This document shows positions 33,763-39,342 of a stretch of 39,342 nucleotides of DNA, in pieces; position 1 is the first letter of the stretch, and each line of letters opens with the position of its first letter. The stretch is from a virus. Its lineage: Duplodnaviria; Heunggongvirae; Uroviricota; Caudoviricetes. The position numbers were made by a program, and so were the translations under genes. The stretch is taken from the IMG/VR virus record IMGVR_UViG_3300026549_001501, positions 99,348 to 138,689 of that record, one strand, 5' to 3'. The notes below the pieces were generated by a model, which was not told the DNA's origin, made no database searches, and saw only the letters and a list, made by a program, of their open reading frames with translations.

Positions 33763-34099
33763 CGCAGAAAAACTGACTTCCGAGATAGACAAGAAGTGGA
33801 AAGAACTCGCCGACAAGAATGTAAAAGTTGGCGGAGGCAAATATGATATTGAAATTTCGACATATCTGTCAATTAAAAACCTCATCACCCGTCTCCAGCA
33901 GGATAAGCCAGAGTTAGATTTGGATTATTTGAAAAATAAAGCCGAATTGATTGCAAACGGGATAATGATTGGCGTTCAGGCGAACAAATATCATACTTGT
34001 ATTTACGATAAAGCAAGTAACGATTTTAATCATTCGCATCTTGTGCGTGCGGCATTAAAAGGAATTGAATTTGGACTTAACGCCGAAAAGGAGGAATAA
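33749..34099 (+). CDS. Hypothetical protein (MKYIDAEKL type)
   Basis: 116-aa ORF. Confidence 0.75.
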   Translation: MKYIDAEKLTSEIDKKWKELADKNVKVGGGKYDIEISTYLSIKNLITRLQQDKPELDLDYLKNKAELIANGIMIGVQANKYHTCIYDKASNDFNHSHLVRAALKGIEFGLNAEKEE

Positions 34100-34101
34100 A
34101 T

Positions 34102-34227
34102 ATGGGTGATTACATTTTTAGTTTCAAAATTGGCAAAGTGGAGTTCGGAATGCGCCGTGATTTCTGTTGGTGGTTTAACAATGGATACACAAGGCAGTTT
34201 ATGTGGTGGTATGTTTATATTGATTAA
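34102..34227 (+). CDS. Aromatic-rich 41-aa peptide, copy 2 (not in ORF track)
   Basis: Paralog of 29628. Confidence 0.75.
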   Translation: MGDYIFSFKIGKVEFGMRRDFCWWFNNGYTRQFMWWYVYID

Positions 34228-34249
34228 TGTAAGAGAGGAGGAATAATAA

Positions 34250-34558
34250 ATGATATTCTATCACGGAACAACAAAAGAAAAATGGGAGGAAATCAAAAAA
34301 GAGGGTTTTCTCTATGGTAGAAGATATATTTTAAACAACGATGGCTCAATTAATCGAGAGGTTGATAGATGCACATACCTCGCAACAGATAAGGATGAAG
34401 CAGCATGTTATGGTGAGATTGTTCTTGAAGTAGAATATGACCCAAAAAATTCAAAACATAATAACTATAAAGAGGGGTGTTGGCAGGTTAGGGTTTATGA
34501 GCCAATTCCATTATCACAGATAAAAGAATGTGACGTAAAAAAGGAGGACACGAAATGA
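34250..34558 (+). CDS. Minimal ADP-ribosyltransferase/Tpt1-like fold protein
   Basis: FYHGT..I..EGF..TYLATD..A..YG.IVLEV pattern. Confidence 0.6.
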   Translation: MIFYHGTTKEKWEEIKKEGFLYGRRYILNNDGSINREVDRCTYLATDKDEAACYGEIVLEVEYDPKNSKHNNYKEGCWQVRVYEPIPLSQIKECDVKKEDTK

Positions 34559-34794
34559 ACGCACCGGATAAGATTTATGTTTCCCGTAATTTTTCGGAAG
34601 ACAACTCCCCACACGGATTGTGGTATCTCAAAAAGTCTGAACACGATATTAATGTTGAATACATCCGCAAGGACGCTCTGCTGGAGTGGGCAGAAGAGAA
34701 GCTGGAAAATATGAAAAAACTTAGTCCGTCAGATGGTGCAAGGATATATTCTAATGCTATAAATGACCTTGTTGACAAACTAAATCAAATGTAA
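34555..34794 (+). CDS. APDKIYVS-family protein, copy 2
   Basis: MNAPDKIYVS..VEYIRKDALLEW. Confidence 0.8.
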   Translation: MNAPDKIYVSRNFSEDNSPHGLWYLKKSEHDINVEYIRKDALLEWAEEKLENMKKLSPSDGARIYSNAINDLVDKLNQM

Positions 34795-34796
34795 AA

Positions 34797-35219
34797 ATGA
34801 CACAGGAAGAAAAACAACTACTACTTAAAGACCTTTGTGCAAGAGTACCGTATGTGACATTTGTCTATGTTGAGTGGCACGAAACAGAGGAATTAGAGAT
34901 TTGTGAAGGTTGCGAGGATGATGAAGAAGAACCAAACATCCACACTCTCATATCTTGTAACTATTATGGAGAGTGCGATTTGGATGACAATCTCTACAAA
35001 ACCATCTATGATATTAAACCATACCTCCGTCCACTTTCTTCTATGACAGCGGAGGAGAAAGAGGATTTTGGTGTCCCGTTCACCTCGGAAGGGCTTGTTA
35101 CACTTGCTGATACAGTTGAATGTATGGATTGGCTCAATTCCCATCAATTTGATTACCGTGGATTGATTGAAAAAGGATTAGCTCTTGAAGCTCCTGAAGG
35201 AATGTACAATAAACATTAA
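34797..35219 (+). CDS. EEKQLL..ALEAPEGMY-family protein, copy 1
   Basis: Paralog of 35842 with conserved ends. Confidence 0.8.
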   Translation: MTQEEKQLLLKDLCARVPYVTFVYVEWHETEELEICEGCEDDEEEPNIHTLISCNYYGECDLDDNLYKTIYDIKPYLRPLSSMTAEEKEDFGVPFTSEGLVTLADTVECMDWLNSHQFDYRGLIEKGLALEAPEGMYNKH

Positions 35220-35230
35220 AATGAATATAT

Positions 35231-35464
35231 ATGGATGCAAATAAATTGTTTAAAGCGAATAATTTAAGTTATACTATACATAGTTTGGAATACGCTTTAG
35301 CAGATTTAGAAGACGATTATGAGGGGATTTGTACATGGAGTAGTCAAACTAAATATCATCCCGCTTATGGCCATGTAATCAAAGACCCTGAGTTATGTAA
35401 AGAAGTAAAACAGTTGATAAAGGACAAAATTAAAAAGTATCAAAAGGAATTTGAAGAATTATGA
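35231..35464 (+). CDS. Hypothetical protein
   Basis: 77-aa ORF, ATGA coupling. Confidence 0.7.
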   Translation: MDANKLFKANNLSYTIHSLEYALADLEDDYEGICTWSSQTKYHPAYGHVIKDPELCKEVKQLIKDKIKKYQKEFEEL

Positions 35465-35829
35465 TTACAGAGGACTACGTTAGTTTTGAGACAGCGAAAC
35501 TCCTGAAAGAGAAGGGGTTTGAAGGCGTTGTAAATGCTTATTATCATATATGGGATAATGGCAATAGAGTATGCTCTGTACAAGAATTTAGTCATAGTGA
35601 AGCACCTCATCTCTATATTCCAGCACCTCATCTCTCAATAGCAATGAAGTGGTTAAGGGAAATTCACAAGCTATTCATTTCCATACAACTACATATAGAT
35701 GGAAGTTATGTGTGGTATATCTATAAATTAGATGGTACTCCAAAGGGCTGTGATAGGAATCCACATAATTATTCTTATGAAGAGGCCGCAGAAGCCGTCA
35801 TTAAACATTGTCTTGAAAATTTGATTTAG
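35461..35829 (+). CDS. VSFETAKLL..CLENLI-family protein, copy 1
   Basis: MITEDYVSFETAKLLKEKGF..PAP..AMKWLR..CLENLI. Confidence 0.8.
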   Translation: MITEDYVSFETAKLLKEKGFEGVVNAYYHIWDNGNRVCSVQEFSHSEAPHLYIPAPHLSIAMKWLREIHKLFISIQLHIDGSYVWYIYKLDGTPKGCDRNPHNYSYEEAAEAVIKHCLENLI

Positions 35830-35841
35830 ATTCGGAAAAAT

Positions 35842-36252
35842 ATGACAAACGAAGAAAAACAACTACTGATCAAAGACATTTGTGCAAGACTGCCATATGG
35901 TGTTTTTGTAAAAGAAAGTGATGTGAATGATAGAGTAATATACACATATGATTATCATCCACACATTGAGACTTGTAAATCTTATCTCCGTCCTATGTCC
36001 AGTATGACTGATGAAGAAAAGGAAGATTTGAAAAAGAATTATCGTTTCTATTTTGATGATTGCGACGACGGGATTACAAATGGTATATACTCACACCAAT
36101 TCAATCGTACAATTTATGAAATGATTGATGAATACGATATTTCGGGTATCATTGATTGGCTTAATTCTCATCACTTTGACTATCGTTGGTTGATTGAAAA
36201 AGGATTGGCTCTTGAAGCCCCTGAAGGAATGTATAAAATTAAATCGCTATGA
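35842..36252 (+). CDS. EEKQLL..ALEAPEGMY-family protein, copy 2
   Basis: 3' 44 nt are 42/44 identical to copy 1. Confidence 0.8.
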   Translation: MTNEEKQLLIKDICARLPYGVFVKESDVNDRVIYTYDYHPHIETCKSYLRPMSSMTDEEKEDLKKNYRFYFDDCDDGITNGIYSHQFNRTIYEMIDEYDISGIIDWLNSHHFDYRWLIEKGLALEAPEGMYKIKSL

Positions 36253-36704
36253 CAAAAGAAGAATTTGATATAATAACTAACAAAATAGGGTGTTGGTTTA
36301 CGCATCTTAAACTTAATTCGTTCAGAAAAACTTTTGACGGAGAAGTATATCCGAGTTCTGCACTTGGAACAGACTATGACCTTTTTATTCATAAACTTGA
36401 AAAGGAATTGTTATTTGAAGATAACCATTCTCTTCCCTCCGATCTGGACGAGGCGGCAGAAGAGTTAGCTTCAGATATTGCACCTGACTACCCCGATATA
36501 GGCTGGGACGCATGCTTTGAGAAAATCAAGGAAGGCATCAAAGCCGGAGCCAAGTGGATGGCTGGGCAGGGAGTTAATTCCGAAGGTAAAGTGTTTACCA
36601 GTGCGTTTACTTCGTATGTTAAAACCCCTGGTATCGAAGAACTGCTCAAAGATGCTTTCCCGGAAGACACAGAAGTAATCGTTCAAGTACGAAAGAAAGA
36701 GTAG
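36249..36704 (+). CDS. Mosaic hypothetical protein
   Basis: SLPSDLDEAAEE..GIKAGAKW module. Confidence 0.7.
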   Translation: MTKEEFDIITNKIGCWFTHLKLNSFRKTFDGEVYPSSALGTDYDLFIHKLEKELLFEDNHSLPSDLDEAAEELASDIAPDYPDIGWDACFEKIKEGIKAGAKWMAGQGVNSEGKVFTSAFTSYVKTPGIEELLKDAFPEDTEVIVQVRKKE

Positions 36705-36708
36705 CCAT

Positions 36709-36788
36709 AGGGCGTGGAGGTTATCGGAATGGAGATACTGCTTACACCTCGCCGATTCCACATAGCAGTTTAGTGGCCGCGCCCTTTT
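36709..36788. ncRNA. Candidate structured intergenic RNA of unknown class
   Basis: 9-bp closing stem plus three interleaved internal complementary pairs; GC-rich within AT-rich flanks. Confidence 0.4.
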
Positions 36789-36806
36789 ATTAACTAATGA
36801 TATATT

Positions 36807-36974
36807 ATGAAATTTCAATTGATCATTGAGCTTGATGAAAAAGAAGCGAAACTCACGCAAAAAGAGGTTGTGAATTATGTTCTTGATTCCATGGCTGGTA
36901 TTCTTGAAAAGACAGGCGCTTACTATGACGTAGGGTGCAATGTTGGTTCGATTGTTTCAGGATTAACGAGTTAG
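36807..36974 (+). CDS. Small protein (55 aa, not in ORF track)
   Basis: MKFQLIIELDE.. fills gap. Confidence 0.55.
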   Translation: MKFQLIIELDEKEAKLTQKEVVNYVLDSMAGILEKTGAYYDVGCNVGSIVSGLTS

Positions 36975-36987
36975 ATTTCAAATAGGT

Positions 36988-37314
36988 ATGTATACAATTG
37001 ACGACAAATATGAAATTATTAAAGGGTTCGTTATCGGATGCTACCGTTTTATTGAAAACGAAGATACCGAAGAACACTTTTGGGTGGACGTGCAGAACTG
37101 CGAATATTATACTTATAATTCTGATGATTATAATGAAGAAACTGGGCTTTTAGGCGGGAACAATTGGTGGATACTACTTCCTTTCAAGCCTATAGGTACA
37201 ACAATAACAGAGGAAAACCAAAATCTTGTCAAGTGGTTTGTTGGAGAATCAAGCAAGCCCGGCGATGAAGATAAAGAATGGGATTTTGATAAACACAGTA
37301 TAAAAGAAAAATAG
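36988..37314 (+). CDS. Hypothetical acidic protein
   Basis: 108-aa ORF. Confidence 0.7.
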   Translation: MYTIDDKYEIIKGFVIGCYRFIENEDTEEHFWVDVQNCEYYTYNSDDYNEETGLLGGNNWWILLPFKPIGTTITEENQNLVKWFVGESSKPGDEDKEWDFDKHSIKEK

Positions 37315-37315
37315 C

Positions 37316-37453
37316 ATGAAATGCATTGAATTAAAAGTTAAAATTAATGCTCCCAATGACTATGAATACGGCTGTCCGTCCGACGTTCTCTACGATGCAA
37401 ATTGTACGGGTGGGCCGGAAATATCGGAAGTCGAACTATTGGATGAATATTAA
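37316..37453 (+). CDS. Small protein (45 aa, not in ORF track)
   Basis: Start 1 nt after upstream stop. Confidence 0.5.
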   Translation: MKCIELKVKINAPNDYEYGCPSDVLYDANCTGGPEISEVELLDEY

Positions 37454-37466
37454 ATTGTAACAACAT

Positions 37467-37871
37467 ATGTTTTCAAGTAATCAAATTTTTGAAATAAGCG
37501 GTTCTCTGGAACAATTGGAGGACGCTATACGTTTTTCCCTCAAACATTATGGAACGCCAAAAGAAAAAGGATTGTTCTATCAGATAACAGAAGACGGAAA
37601 ATACTGTCTTGGATGGGGCTCTGATGAAAATTATTGGAAGGAATTCCCGTTCGACTTCAATCCGCATATAGTGTCTGAAATTATCGAGCAGCACATTGAA
37701 AAGGCTATGGATAATATGAAGTCAGACTACGAATGGGCTGATGGCAGCACTGGCTGCGGATTCCTAGTGAAAGCAATACCTGATATGTTTTCAGACGAAT
37801 ATAAAGGTATCAAGAAACCTTTCTACGGAATCATCAGCATTGAACCGTTCGAGAATTTTTATGCAAAATAG
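37467..37871 (+). CDS. Conserved hypothetical protein
   Basis: MFSSNQIFEISG..DGSTGCGFLVK..YAK. Confidence 0.8.
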   Translation: MFSSNQIFEISGSLEQLEDAIRFSLKHYGTPKEKGLFYQITEDGKYCLGWGSDENYWKEFPFDFNPHIVSEIIEQHIEKAMDNMKSDYEWADGSTGCGFLVKAIPDMFSDEYKGIKKPFYGIISIEPFENFYAK

Positions 37872-37883
37872 AATTTAAATTAA

Positions 37884-37915
37884 TTTGTATTTTTGATTTA
37901 TCTTCCTTATCTTTG
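37884..37915 (+). promoter_or_regulatory. Bacteroidetes promoter
   Basis: TTTG 37884-37887, 20 nt, TATCTTTG 37908-37915. Confidence 0.75.
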
Positions 37916-37969
37916 CATAAAGAAGCCCGTGAAGCTGTTATTAAATATTATCTTGAAAATTTGATTTAA
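37916..37969 (+). pseudogene. C-terminal remnant of a CLENLI-family gene
   Basis: HKEAREAVIKYYLENLI* without start; TCTTGAAAATTTGATTTA shared with 35811 and 38398. Confidence 0.75.
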
Positions 37970-37972
37970 TTT

Positions 37973-38416
37973 ATGATTACAGAAGACTACGTAAATTTTG
38001 AAACCGCTAAGCTCCTTAAGGAAAAGGGGTTTGAAAGTGATGAATGTATTGCAATATACGACCTGAGTTACGATAATGCATTTATAAGAGACAGCGGAAT
38101 TTTTGACAATGGCCCAGAAGATTTCCTTGAGTTTCAATGGGGAGAAGAATGGAGACGATTTGGATATTATCTTGCTCCAACACTCCAAATGGCAATAAAA
38201 TGGATAAGGAAGAAAGGGTTTCACATCTTTGTCCCCCTGGAAATTGATTATGATGAAGATGAGAGGGGAGCCAAGTGGTATCATGATGCTACATATTATC
38301 CTGAAATCAGAAGGGTTTCTGATGGAAAGATAATGTATGATGATGGAAGACTTTATGCAAACCCAGAACAAGCATATGAAGTGGCAATAAGGTATTGTCT
38401 TGAAAATTTGATTTAA
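37973..38416 (+). CDS. VSFETAKLL..CLENLI-family protein, copy 2
   Basis: MITEDYVNFETAKLLKEKGF..LAPTLQMAIKW..CLENLI. Confidence 0.8.
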   Translation: MITEDYVNFETAKLLKEKGFESDECIAIYDLSYDNAFIRDSGIFDNGPEDFLEFQWGEEWRRFGYYLAPTLQMAIKWIRKKGFHIFVPLEIDYDEDERGAKWYHDATYYPEIRRVSDGKIMYDDGRLYANPEQAYEVAIRYCLENLI

Positions 38417-38418
38417 TC

Positions 38419-38526
38419 ATGTGTACAGTAATAATTATATCTTTATTAATATTTGTGGTCGTATCCGTTATCGCACATATCATTGACCCGGAAGATGCGT
38501 TCGATTGTGATGATTACGATTTTTAG
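38419..38526 (+). CDS. Small single-pass membrane peptide (35 aa, not in ORF track)
   Basis: VIIISLLIFVVVSVIAHII followed by acidic tail. Confidence 0.5.
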   Translation: MCTVIIISLLIFVVVSVIAHIIDPEDAFDCDDYDF

Positions 38527-38551
38527 TGACGTAGTAAAAAAAATAGATAAT

Positions 38552-39241
38552 ATGGACAACAATGTAGGTATGGCTCAAAGATATGAGCACGAAATCCCTG
38601 AGGGCTACGAAGCCCGAATTGAAGGTAACAAGGTTATCCTTAAACTGAAAGAAAGCGAGGACGAGAGGATAAGGAAAATGCTTATTGAGCAAATGGAGAG
38701 ATGGAAAAAATGCGCAGAGGATAATAATGTTGAACAGGATGTCAAAGATGCGTCCGATGCTATTGCCTACCTCGAAAAACAGAAAGATAAAGTGGTCGAA
38801 TTTGACCACGATCGAGAGCAGCAACCAGCAAAGGAAGACGGGCCTTTCGATGAAGATAAATTTTTAGAAGGCGAATTGGCGGCTTTTCTCCAGAACTATG
38901 ATAAGGAATATGATGACGATGCGGCTATCTCTGATGTGGCAATCCATTTCTACGAATTAGGGAAGAAGATGAAGCAGCAGCCAGCAGAGTGGAGCGAGGA
39001 GGATGAGGCAGCATATAATGCTTTTATATGTGAGGTTATAAATGAAAAGATGAATCCAACCATTGAGCAGGTAAAATGGTTGAGAAGCATTTGTGATAGG
39101 CTCAAATCCCTCCGTCCCCAGTCTCATTGGAAACCTAGTAATGAACAGATGAATGCATTAAAACTTGTGGCAAGAGGATTTATGACAGATGACCCAAGTG
39201 TAATAGATTCTCTTTTAGCTGACCTTCAAAAACTACTTTAG
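38552..39241 (+). CDS. Modular EWSEED-repeat protein, second copy
   Basis: ESEDERIRK, QPAEWSEED, LKSLRPQSHWKPSNEQM; start moved to ATG 38552. Confidence 0.8.
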   Translation: MDNNVGMAQRYEHEIPEGYEARIEGNKVILKLKESEDERIRKMLIEQMERWKKCAEDNNVEQDVKDASDAIAYLEKQKDKVVEFDHDREQQPAKEDGPFDEDKFLEGELAAFLQNYDKEYDDDAAISDVAIHFYELGKKMKQQPAEWSEEDEAAYNAFICEVINEKMNPTIEQVKWLRSICDRLKSLRPQSHWKPSNEQMNALKLVARGFMTDDPSVIDSLLADLQKLL

Positions 39242-39243
39242 TT

Positions 39244-39342
39244 ATGGATGTTTTTTTCAACTTTGGCCAATACGGAAAGGATAGATTTATGCTTGCCGTT
39301 CATGAAAAAACAATCGGTGGCGGTTCTCGTTGCATTTGGATG
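39244..39342 (+). CDS. Hypothetical protein, 3' partial
   Basis: ATG 2 nt after upstream stop, open to window end. Confidence 0.5.
   Translation, partial: MDVFFNFGQYGKDRFMLAVHEKTIGGGSRCIWM

Noticed and set aside
36709-36788. tRNA, HDV-like/theta ribozyme or preQ1 riboswitch
   Set aside because: There is no T-loop GTTC or D-loop. An L3-like ACCTCGC is present, but P3 and the P1.1 GG are missing. The GAGG..TTACACCTC resemblance to preQ1-I lacks the A-rich 3' tail.
34797-38416. Diversity-generating retroelement template/variable repeat pair
   Set aside because: Mismatches between paralog copies include T/C and other non-adenine changes, mostly synonymous, and no reverse transcriptase is present.
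535-38867. Numerous minus-strand and alternate-frame ORFs in the track (e.g. 535-843, 951-1181, 7904-8434, 13994-14449, 26925-27485, 31808-32428)
   Set aside because: They fully overlap better-supported genes, lack promoters or coupling, and have atypical composition; treated as shadow ORFs.
1-39342. Stop-codon reassignment (TAG to Gln or TGA to Trp) as in some gut megaphages and crAss-like phages
   Set aside because: Many genes end at TAG or TGA right before a terminator or in ATGA overlaps (5776, 7994, 9247, 31051), and coding density is high in the standard code. Only one in-frame TGA was found.

Overview
This window is a gene-dense accessory (probably early, host-takeover) region of a large phage infecting a Bacteroidota host. 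It holds about 110 mostly short, plus-strand, translationally coupled ORFs in the standard genetic code. Host assignment rests on 13 Bacteroidetes-type TAnnTTTG promoter elements and three Bacteroidetes-style lipoproteins. There are no intact core structural or replication genes. Recognisable genes are the 3' end of an IS200/IS605 tnpB element, two macrodomain-like (A1S_2505-type) proteins, a GNAT acetyltransferase, YopX, methylglyoxal synthase (mgsA), a frameshifted Pol-beta-type nucleotidyltransferase, a MazG-like pyrophosphatase and a small ADP-ribosyltransferase-fold protein. Two themes stand out. (1) Several truncated or catalytically eroded copies of proteins that defence systems sense or use sit behind host-type promoters: a terminase ATPase domain without the Walker A lysine, a second terminase N-terminal fragment, a T4 gp21-like prohead protease without the catalytic His, and a stand-alone MqsA-like antitoxin domain. 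They may form a decoy or mimic anti-defence arsenal (hypothesis). (2) Single small genes are repeatedly flanked by 18-37 bp direct repeats that coincide with gene junctions, and paralog families keep conserved ends around variable middles, suggesting homology-driven cassette shuffling. All family assignments come from motif recognition by eye; no database searches were run.
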